From Acidimicrobiia bacterium (lineage in GTDB: Bacteria > Actinomycetota > Acidimicrobiia > IMCC26256 > PALSA-610), in the NCBI GenBank assembly GCA_038209365.1, contig JBBQXS010000013.1, forward strand, positions 28,959 to 92,958: 64,000 bases of DNA, written 5' to 3'. This document shows, one piece after another, positions 19,124-26,493 of the stretch. The position numbers were made by a program, and so were the translations under genes. Under the pieces are notes generated by a model. It ran no database searches and was not told the DNA's origin. It saw only the letters and a program-made list of their open reading frames with translations. The first letter of the stretch is position 1, and every line of letters begins with the position of its first letter.

Positions 19124-22100
19124 TCACTCCCCGGCGGCGCTCTCTTCCTCGGCGCTCGGCGCGATCCGTGCGAGCAGCACGGCGAGCTCGTCACGTGCCC
19201 GCTGGCGCTCGCGCCGCGCCGCATCCCGGATCTCCGCAGCATGACGCTCGGCTTCGGCGCGAAGGTCGGCCGCGTGCTGCTCGCCCTCGGCCCGCATGCC
19301 GGCGGCCTCGCGACGGGCGGTGTCGCGTAGCTCCGAGGCATGTTGCTCGGCCGCACGGCGGAGCTCGGCGGCGTCGTGCTCGGCCTCGGCGCGGTGCCCC
19401 GCGGCGAACTGCTCGGCCTCGTCCCGCAGCCTCGCGGCCTGCCGCCCCGCCTTCTCGAGGATCTCCGCTGCGTCGAGACCCGCGAGCTCGGCGTCGCGTG
19501 ATTTCTCGATCCGGTCCGCGGTCCGGGCGAGACGCTTGCGCTGCTTGGTGAGTCGCTGTTCGAGATCGGAGATCCGCTCGAACAGGTTGCCGATCAGATC
19601 GACCCGCTGCGCGTCGGCCAGCGCGGACTCCTGCACCCGCGTGCGGAGCTCCCGGGCATCCTCCTGGGCGAGCTGGCGGATGCCTTCGGCAGTGGTCAGC
19701 GCATCGCGCCGGATCGACTCCGCTTCCTGCAACGCCTGATGCCGGAGCGCTTCGGCCTCCGCTTGGGCCTGCGTGAGGAGCTCATCGGACTCGCGCCGGG
19801 CGTCCTTCGACGGGATTGCGGCGAGTGCCCGGTCGAGCTCGGTCTCCAGCTCCTCGGCGTGCGCGCCGAGCGCGTCGAGCGTGCCCTGGGTGTTCTCGAG
19901 CCGTTCTGCGAGGTCCTCGGCGTCCGCGCGGGCCTCGGTGGCGGCCGCGCGCAGCTCGTCCCGGTCATTCTCGTTGCCGGCCAGCACGCCTTCGAGACGT
20001 GTGATCTCGACGCGGGCCTCGGCCAGGTCGTTGACGGCCTGATCGCGGCCCGCAACCGACTCGACGAGCACGGCCTCGATGCGCACGATCTCCGCTCGTG
20101 CAGTGTCGAGCTGCGCGCGCGTTTCTTCATGGCGGGCGACCTCGGTGGCGAGCGCCTCCTCGAGTCCCGCGATCTCGGACTGCGCGTCTTCGAGCTGCGC
20201 GAGTGCGTCGTCGCGGTCTCCCGTGCGCTCTGCGATTTGGGCGGCAACGGCGAGTTCCAAACGCGAGGTCTCGGCGCGGGCGTGCTCGAGCTGCGCGAGC
20301 GCGTTGTCGCGCTCTTGCGCACGCTCGCCGACCGCCCTCTCGAGACGAGCGACGTCGGCTCGCGTGGCGTCGAGCATGGCTTGCGCAGCCTCACGCTCTG
20401 CCCCGTGGCTCTCGAGCGTCGCTTCGAGACGGGCCAGCCGTTGTTGCGCGTCACCCAGCGAGGCGATTGCCTCGTCGCGCTCGGACGTCCTGCGACCGAG
20501 CATGGCCCGCGCGTCGTTGCGTTCCGCGGTGCGGTCGGCCAGCGAGGCGCGGGCGTCGTCGCGTGCCCGTGCCGCTTCGTCGCGCTCACGTTCGCGCGCG
20601 CCGGTGATCTCGCTGAAGCCGGCAGCCGCTTGCGCAAGCTGCTCCTGCACGGCCGCTTCCTGGCGACGGGAATCGTCGAGCTCGGCGCGCACGTGGTCGC
20701 GGTCGCGGCCGATCTCGGCGAGCGCGCCCTCGAGCTCGCTCACCCGGGCACGTACGGCGTCGAGATCGCGGGTGTCGCTCTCGCGGTCCGCTTCCAGCTC
20801 CCGCAGCTCGGCCGCGCGCCGGCGGGCTTCGTCGAGTTGCGCGGCGAGTCCGTCGTGCTCGGCGTCCCGGTCGGCGACCGCGCGTTCCAACCCCTCAACG
20901 CGGGTCTCGGCGGTGGCCAGCGCCCGATCACGCTCGGCGATGCCGTGTTCGAGCTCGCCCAGCATCGACTCGAGGTCCGCGACGCGCCGGGCCAGGTCCG
21001 ATGCCCGGCGTTCGCCGCGCTCGGCGTCACCGGCACGCTGCGCGAGCGACCGCTCGAGCTCGGCGATCTGCCCGGTCAACTGCGTCCGGGCCCGGTCGTG
21101 CTCGGCGATCCGCGCCTGCGCCTGGGCCAGTTCGCGTTCGATGCCGGCGCGGTCGGCGTCGGCGTCCCGGACTCGCGTCTCGAGGCGGGCGGTGTGCTGC
21201 TGCAACTGCCCCAGCTCGGTACGCGCTTCGTTGCGTTCGGCGCCGTGGAGCTCGACGCTCGCGCGCAACGCCTCGATCTCGTCGCGGGCATGCCCGAGCG
21301 CCACCTCGAGCTCTCCCCGCCGGGCAATGGCGTCGTCGCGCTCCGCCGCGCGCCGGTCGACCTCGGAAGCCGAACCCTGCGCGGCCTCCCGGGCACGCGC
21401 CAGGTCGGCCCGAGCGGCGTCCAGCTGCTCGCGCGCCCGCTCGGCCTCGCGCTCGGCGGTCTCGCGAGCTTCTTTGATCGTGGCCAGCTCCGCACGTACC
21501 TGCTCGAGCTCGGCGTGCCAGCGTTCGGCGCGCGCGTCCGCTCGCTCGCCGGTGAGTTCGTCATCCGCGTCGGTTGTGTCATCCGGCGTGGGCGCTTGGG
21601 CTTCGGGCTCGTCGACCACGTCGACCGGTGGCTTCTCCTCGAACTGGGCTGCGTCCTGTACCGCGTCCACGCGTTCGGGAAACGGTGGCGCTTCTTCAAC
21701 CGACGATGGTGTGGGTGCCGCGTCGTGCATCGATGACGCGGCACGGTGCATCGTAGGTGTGAGGTCGTCGCCTTCCACACGCGACAGAAACTTCTTTGCG
21801 CTGTTGAGCGGGTCGTCGCCGGGCTCGACGCCGAGCTCGCCGAGCAACACGCGGATGCGGTCGACGGTATCGCGCGCGCCGGACGCGGTGGGCGGCGCGT
21901 CGCGTGGAACGGCGCGGTGCGTTGCCGCGAACACCTCGAAGCTCTGATAACCGAGCTTGTGCAGCGCGTCGGCTTCGGCGAGGAGTGCGTCGTTGTGCTC
22001 ACGACGCGCGCCTGCGGTCGCAAGGAACCGGTTCGCCTTCCGTTCACATTCGACGACGCGGCGGTGGAACTCCCATATCTCGAGGGCCGCGGCTTCGGGT

Positions 22101-22279
22101 GGCGGTGTCGTGGTGCCCGCGCGGTTCGCGGCGTCGCGGAGCGCGTCGAGCGGACCCGCGGTCGACGACGCGGGCTGGCGGGTTGCGTCAGGAGGGCCGG
22201 GCGAGGCGTCCTCCACGCCTCCATCATCGGTCACGCGCGGGTCCGCCTGAGATCGGCTCCATCCGAACCAGATCGACAT
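19124..22279 (-). CDS. Giant coiled-coil protein (1051 aa), function unknown
   Basis: ATG at 22279 with SD GGGAGG (6-nt spacer). About 260-aa acidic/Pro-rich head, then about 780 aa of E/R/A/D/L-rich helix with recurring (E/D)RDxA(L/V)xxLExAxxExxxLE modules. C-terminal AExHAAE(L/I)R repeats. Confidence 0.8.
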   Translation of the reverse strand: MSIWFGWSRSQADPRVTDDGGVEDASPGPPDATRQPASSTAGPLDALRDAANRAGTTTPPPEAAALEIWEFHRRVVECERKANRFLATAGARREHNDALLAEADALHKLGYQSFEVFAATHRAVPRDAPPTASGARDTVDRIRVLLGELGVEPGDDPLNSAKKFLSRVEGDDLTPTMHRAASSMHDAAPTPSSVEEAPPFPERVDAVQDAAQFEEKPPVDVVDEPEAQAPTPDDTTDADDELTGERADARAERWHAELEQVRAELATIKEARETAEREAERAREQLDAARADLARAREAAQGSASEVDRRAAERDDAIARRGELEVALGHARDEIEALRASVELHGAERNEARTELGQLQQHTARLETRVRDADADRAGIERELAQAQARIAEHDRARTQLTGQIAELERSLAQRAGDAERGERRASDLARRVADLESMLGELEHGIAERDRALATAETRVEGLERAVADRDAEHDGLAAQLDEARRRAAELRELEADRESDTRDLDAVRARVSELEGALAEIGRDRDHVRAELDDSRRQEAAVQEQLAQAAAGFSEITGARERERDEAARARDDARASLADRTAERNDARAMLGRRTSERDEAIASLGDAQQRLARLEATLESHGAEREAAQAMLDATRADVARLERAVGERAQERDNALAQLEHARAETSRLELAVAAQIAERTGDRDDALAQLEDAQSEIAGLEEALATEVARHEETRAQLDTARAEIVRIEAVLVESVAGRDQAVNDLAEARVEITRLEGVLAGNENDRDELRAAATEARADAEDLAERLENTQGTLDALGAHAEELETELDRALAAIPSKDARRESDELLTQAQAEAEALRHQALQEAESIRRDALTTAEGIRQLAQEDARELRTRVQESALADAQRVDLIGNLFERISDLEQRLTKQRKRLARTADRIEKSRDAELAGLDAAEILEKAGRQAARLRDEAEQFAAGHRAEAEHDAAELRRAAEQHASELRDTARREAAGMRAEGEQHAADLRAEAERHAAEIRDAARRERQRARDELAVLLARIAPSAEEESAAGE

Positions 22280-22330
22280 GGTGAGCCTCCCGGTCGACGG
22301 CGGACGAGCACGCGGGCGTCATGCGTGCCG

Positions 22331-22372
22331 ACTGCAGTGCGGCGAACTGCAGGGGGAACTGCAGGGGGAAAC
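22331..22372. repeat. Three ACTGCAG-containing direct repeats, including a perfect tandem GAACTGCAGGGG x2
   Basis: ACTGCAG at 22331, 22346 and 22358. GAACTGCAGGGG at 22344-22355 and 22356-22367, then GAAAC. Confidence 0.7.
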
Positions 22373-22373
22373 G

Positions 22374-22403
22374 TTGACGCCGTGGAGGATTGTGTCATAG
22401 GGT
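22374..22403 (+). promoter_or_regulatory. Candidate mraZ (dcw) promoter
   Basis: TTGACG (22374-22379), 18-nt spacer, TAGGGT (22398-22403, fits the actinobacterial TANNNT). About 80 nt upstream of the mraZ ATG. Confidence 0.45.
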
Positions 22404-22421
22404 GGTGCCCAGTGGTGGAAA
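22382..22421 (+). promoter_or_regulatory. Candidate MraZ operator: four 10-bp-phased GTG[G/T] boxes
   Basis: GTGGAGGATT GTGTCATAGG GTGGTGCCCA GTGGTGGAAA, with boxes at 22382, 22392, 22402 and 22412. Overlaps the putative -10. Confidence 0.55.
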
Positions 22422-22483
22422 GGGGAGGGCCCCGGAGCGACATCGGGGCGGGCCCCGCAAGACACGAGACAGAGGTGGCGCAG

Positions 22484-22906
22484 ATGTTCCTGGGGGAGTA
22501 CCAGCACTCCCTCGACGCGAAGGGTCGGGTCATCCTGCCGGCCCGCTTTCGTGACCAGCTCGAGGGAGGTGCGGTGATGGCGAGGGGGCTCGACGGCTGC
22601 CTGGACGTATATCCGCCCGCTGAGTTCCAGCGTCGCGCCTCCGAAGTGAGCGAGGCGCGCAAACGCGGTCCTCGCGAACGCCAAGCCGCCCGCTCGTTCT
22701 TCTCGGGAGCCGGCCCCGCCGTGCCGGACGGCCAGGGTCGCGTTGCGATCCCGCCGCACCTGCGCGAGTACGCAGCCCTCGACCGGGAGGTCGTCGTCAC
22801 GGGCGCGTTCGACCACATCGAGATCTGGGACGCGCAGCGATTCCGCGAACGAGACGCCGAAGGCATCGCGTCGATGGCCGCCGGCGAAGGGATCGACGGC
22901 CTCTGA
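22484..22906 (+). CDS. mraZ: Transcriptional regulator MraZ
   Basis: MFLGEYQHSLDAKGRVILPARFR and a second SpoVT/AbrB-like half (DGQGRVAIPPHLR). SD AGAGG 8 nt upstream. Confidence 0.9.
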   Translation: MFLGEYQHSLDAKGRVILPARFRDQLEGGAVMARGLDGCLDVYPPAEFQRRASEVSEARKRGPRERQAARSFFSGAGPAVPDGQGRVAIPPHLREYAALDREVVVTGAFDHIEIWDAQRFRERDAEGIASMAAGEGIDGL

Positions 22907-22976
22907 TCCTGGTTGGTCGTGCCATTTCGTACGGACATGACGTTCAAACATTGACATAGAGACGAAGCCGCATGCT

Positions 22977-23104
22977 CCGGACTCGTCTTCAGCCCCCCGG
23001 CCGGCGCGGTTGTTGGCCCCTACTCCGCCCGCTTTCAGCCGTAGCCGACCCGGGGAGACATCCCGGGCGGTGCCTGTCGACCGGGGGGCTGAAGACGGGA
23101 TCGG
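22977..23104 (+). ncRNA. Structured leader in the mraZ-rsmH spacer; candidate mraW RNA motif
   Basis: Perfect 16-bp long-range helix GTCTTCAGCCCCCCGG (22985-23000) / CCGGGGGGCTGAAGAC (23081-23096), extendable to 22977/23104. It encloses the inner hairpin CCCGGG-N7-CCCGGG (23050-23068). Sits immediately 5' of rsmH (mraW). Confidence 0.4.
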
Positions 23105-23142
23105 TGGCGACACGGTTCCGGCGAATTCGGCGAGGAGACAAC

Positions 23143-24123
23143 GTGGAAGCGGAGTTCTCGCATCTCCCGGTGATGGCACGGGAGGTGGTGGAGCTCCTCT
23201 TGCCCGTGCCCGCCGGGTTGATCGTCGACGGCACGGTCGGTGGCGCAGGCCACGCGGCCCTGCTGCTCGACGCGAGACCCGACGTGCGAGTGCTGGGCCT
23301 CGACCGAGACGCCGACGCCGTTGCCGCTGCTCGTTCTCGGCTGGCGTCCTTCGGGTCGCGGGCACAGGTGGTGCACGGCGGCTTCGAGCGGCTGGGCGAG
23401 CTGGTCGAACGTCACGGCGAGGGAGAACAGGTGATGGGCATCCTCATGGACCTCGGGGTGAGCAGCCCGCAGCTCGACCGTCCCGAGCGAGGCTTCTCCT
23501 ACCGCTTCGACGCGCCGCTCGACATGCGAATGGACGCGAAGCAGTCGCTCACCGCGGCCGACGTCGTGAACGGCTACGACGAGGCGCAGCTCGCCACGGT
23601 GATCTCCCAGTACGGCGAGGAGCGGTTCGCGCGCAGGGTCGCGCACGCGATCGTCGCCGCCCGGCCGCTGCACAGCACGCGAGAGCTGGCCGACGTCGTG
23701 CGCGGGGCGATCCCCGCCGCGACACGACGGCGCGGTCCCCACCCGGCCCGGCGCACGTTCCAGGCCATCCGGATGGAGGTCAACCGGGAGCTGCCCAACC
23801 TCGCCGAGGGGCTCCAGGAGTCGGTGCACGTCGTCGGGCCCGGCGGCCGGGTGCTCGTGCTCGCGTACCACTCGCTCGAAGATCGCATCGTCAAGACGAC
23901 CTTCGCCCGCTGGGCGGGCGAAGACCGCGACGCCTACGAGCCCCCCAAGCTTCCTGTTCCCCCGGCGAAACGGCACGCGCTCATGCGGGTGCTCACTCGG
24001 AGACCGTTGCGCCCGCGCGCAGACGTGGTGGCCGCGAATCCGCGTGCCGAGAGCGCCCGTCTGCGCGCGGTCGAACGGCTCGACGTCCCGGACGGGCCCG
24101 AGTTCCCCGACGCGGTCGCGTGA
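23143..24123 (+). CDS. rsmH: 16S rRNA (cytosine1402-N4)-methyltransferase
   Basis: GTG 23143 with SD GAGGAG (5-nt spacer). HLPVMAREVVELL, DGTVGGAGHA, DLGVSSPQLD, SLEDRIVK. Confidence 0.9.
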   Translation: MEAEFSHLPVMAREVVELLLPVPAGLIVDGTVGGAGHAALLLDARPDVRVLGLDRDADAVAAARSRLASFGSRAQVVHGGFERLGELVERHGEGEQVMGILMDLGVSSPQLDRPERGFSYRFDAPLDMRMDAKQSLTAADVVNGYDEAQLATVISQYGEERFARRVAHAIVAARPLHSTRELADVVRGAIPAATRRRGPHPARRTFQAIRMEVNRELPNLAEGLQESVHVVGPGGRVLVLAYHSLEDRIVKTTFARWAGEDRDAYEPPKLPVPPAKRHALMRVLTRRPLRPRADVVAANPRAESARLRAVERLDVPDGPEFPDAVA

Positions 24124-24131
24124 GCACCCAC

Positions 24132-24593
24132 ATGGGCGCGGCAGCCGGTGCGTTTCCCTCCCGGCGGCTGCAACCGCCCGACACCGTCCCGGCGCGCGAT
24201 CACCTGCGCGTCGCGCCCGACGCTCGAAGGCGGCGACTTCGTGCCCGGCTGTTGATGGTCGGCATCGCGTTCTTGACGGTGGCGTCATTGTTCACACTGG
24301 TCGGGTTCCGTGTGGTTGGCGCCCAGTCTGCGTTCACCTTGGATCGGCTCACGAAGCAGCGCACCAACGAGCAGCTTCGCTACGAACGCCTGCGCGAGGA
24401 CGTCGCGCGCCGGTCGTCGCCGGCCGCGATCATCTCCGCGGCGCGTGGCCTCGGCATGGTCGACGCGCCCCGCCAGGAGTTCATCTGGGCACCGAAGGCC
24501 GCGTCGCAAGGAACGACGCCGAGCGCGACACCGGCGCCGCTGGCGCCGACGAGCTATGAGAACGCGAAGCAGGCCCTTGACCAGAATCCGTGA
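24132..24593 (+). CDS. ftsL: FtsL-like cell division protein
   Basis: 153 aa. One TM helix (LLMVGIAFLTVASLFTLVGFRVV) followed by a short coiled coil. Conserved position between rsmH and ftsI. Confidence 0.6.
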   Translation: MGAAAGAFPSRRLQPPDTVPARDHLRVAPDARRRRLRARLLMVGIAFLTVASLFTLVGFRVVGAQSAFTLDRLTKQRTNEQLRYERLREDVARRSSPAAIISAARGLGMVDAPRQEFIWAPKAASQGTTPSATPAPLAPTSYENAKQALDQNP

Positions 24594-26484
24594 GCCCTTG
24601 ACGCCGCGGAGAGTCGCCCGTCCTCGGCCCCGGCGTCGCCTGGCGTCGTGCAGCGTCATCGTGATCGCCGTGTTCGGTGTGCTTGCGGTCCGCGTCGTGC
24701 ATCTCCAGCTGATGAGCGGGGACTACTACACGCGACAGGCCGTGCTGCAGTCGCTGCACAAGATCCCGATCAACGCGGAACGGGGAAGCGTGTTCGACCG
24801 CGAGGGTCGCGACCTCGCGTTGTCGGTCCGGCGCTCGACGGTCTATGCGGATCCGACGCTCGTGGTGGATCCGGCCGCGACGGCCGTGAAGCTCGCGCCC
24901 GTGGTGCACGTCGACGCGCAGTACCTCCTGAAGCAACTCTCCGCGAAGCCCAGCCGGTTCGCGTACCTCGCCCACACCGTGGACGATGACGTCGCGGCCG
25001 CGGTGAAACGGCTGAACCTCCCCGGCATCGGATTCGTGCCCGAGTCCAAGCGGAGCTATCCCGCGAGCCCCCTCGCGGGCGCGCTGATCGGCCAGGTAGG
25101 CGCCGACGGCGGCGGCCTCGACGGCATCGAATACCTGTACGACTCGATCCTCGCCGGCAAGCCCGGTGAGCTCGTCGTCGAGCAGGACCCGGACGGCCGT
25201 GACATCCCCAACACGCAGCGGACGCATGTCGTCGCCCGGCGCGGCACCGACGTGATGCTCACGATCGATCAGACCCTCCAGTGGGAAGCCGAGTACGCGT
25301 TGCTCGACCAGGTGCAAGCGACACAAGCCAAAGGTGGCATGGCCGCGGTGGTCGACGTGACCACCGGAGACGTGCTCGCCATGGCCACGGTGCACGGAAC
25401 GACGCCGACCGGACCGGCGGGTGTCGCGACGCCGGGGGAGCGCAACGCACCGGTCACCGAGCTGTTCGCGCCGGGTTCCACCACGAAGCTGATCACGCTC
25501 GCGTGGGCGATCGAGCACGGCAAGATCACGCAGGACTCAACCTTCACGGTGCCCTACTCGATCAAGGTCGATCCGGCCGTCAAGCCGTACTACGACGCCG
25601 AGTGGCACCCCAAGCAGCAAATGACGACCGCCGACATCATGCGGCAGTCGTCGAACGTCGGCACGATCGAGATCGCGCAGCTGATGCACAATCAGCAGAT
25701 GGCCGATGCCGTGCGGGCATTCGGGCTCGGCACCCGCACCTCCATCGACTGGCCCGGGCAGCCCGACGGCCTGATGCTGCCTCCGTCGCAGTACTACTGC
25801 TGCGGCAAGTACGCGACGGCCATTGGCTACGGCGTGTCGGTGACCGGGATGCAGATGCTCGGTGCATTCACGACGATCGCGAACGACGGCGTCACGCGGC
25901 CCGCGCACCTTCTCGGCGCGACGATCGACGCCAAGGGCGACCGGCATCCGGCCGCGGTGCCCGCCGGCCGGCGCGTGGTGTCGAGCGCGACGGCGCGGAC
26001 GATGACAAAGATGATGGAAGGCGTCGTCTCAGATGGCACAGGAGCGTGCGCGGCGATTCCCGGCTATCCGGTGGCAGGCAAGACCGGGACGTCCAAGAAG
26101 CAGCTGAACGGGGCGTACTCGCAGAGCGCGACGATGGCGTCGTTCATCGGGTACGCGCCGTCGGACCATCCGAGATTCGCAGCGATGGTCGTGCTCGACC
26201 AGCCCGCGCCCCAGTACCAATTCGGCGGCACGTCGGCGGCGCCGGCCTGGTCCGAGATCATGCAGTTCGCCCTGTTGCAGTACGGCGTCGCGCCGACCGA
26301 TCCCGCCGGCGAGCAGTTCCACAAGGCGCAAGCAGTCGCGAAGAACCAGTCGTGCAGCGTGCCACACGGCGCCGATCTCGCGAACGTACTCGCGCACCAA
26401 CGAGCCGCCGCCGCGAAGGGGTCGACGTCGAATGCGAGCGGCGCGACCGCTAGCCTTCCGGCCAACACGTCCCGAAGGAATTAG
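24556..26484 (+). CDS. ftsI: Class B penicillin-binding protein (FtsI-type peptidoglycan D,D-transpeptidase)
   Basis: N-terminal TM helix. Motifs SxxK = STTK, SxN = SSN, KTG(T) = KTGT. Start uncertain (ATG 24556, TTG 24577 or TTG 24598). Confidence 0.9.
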   Translation: MRTRSRPLTRIREPLTPRRVARPRPRRRLASCSVIVIAVFGVLAVRVVHLQLMSGDYYTRQAVLQSLHKIPINAERGSVFDREGRDLALSVRRSTVYADPTLVVDPAATAVKLAPVVHVDAQYLLKQLSAKPSRFAYLAHTVDDDVAAAVKRLNLPGIGFVPESKRSYPASPLAGALIGQVGADGGGLDGIEYLYDSILAGKPGELVVEQDPDGRDIPNTQRTHVVARRGTDVMLTIDQTLQWEAEYALLDQVQATQAKGGMAAVVDVTTGDVLAMATVHGTTPTGPAGVATPGERNAPVTELFAPGSTTKLITLAWAIEHGKITQDSTFTVPYSIKVDPAVKPYYDAEWHPKQQMTTADIMRQSSNVGTIEIAQLMHNQQMADAVRAFGLGTRTSIDWPGQPDGLMLPPSQYYCCGKYATAIGYGVSVTGMQMLGAFTTIANDGVTRPAHLLGATIDAKGDRHPAAVPAGRRVVSSATARTMTKMMEGVVSDGTGACAAIPGYPVAGKTGTSKKQLNGAYSQSATMASFIGYAPSDHPRFAAMVVLDQPAPQYQFGGTSAAPAWSEIMQFALLQYGVAPTDPAGEQFHKAQAVAKNQSCSVPHGADLANVLAHQRAAAAKGSTSNASGATASLPANTSRRN

Positions 26485-26493
26485 GGGTGGCGC

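Noticed and set aside
19700-21500. Highly periodic DNA repeats (gcgctcgagctcg-type) that at first glance resemble a repeat array or CRISPR-like periodicity. The AAGAAGGC-rich repeats at 46900-47300 are a similar case.
   Set aside because: Both lie inside long open reading frames with good starts. The periodicity reflects coiled-coil (ERD/ALAQLE) and lysine-rich (AKKA) protein repeats. There are no constant-length repeat/spacer units and no cas genes.
22951-22956. Perfect TTGACA -35 hexamer in the AT-rich start of the mraZ-rsmH spacer, as an internal promoter.
   Set aside because: No acceptable -10 (TANNNT) lies 16-19 nt downstream, so I do not call a promoter. It is mentioned only in the context of the structured spacer.
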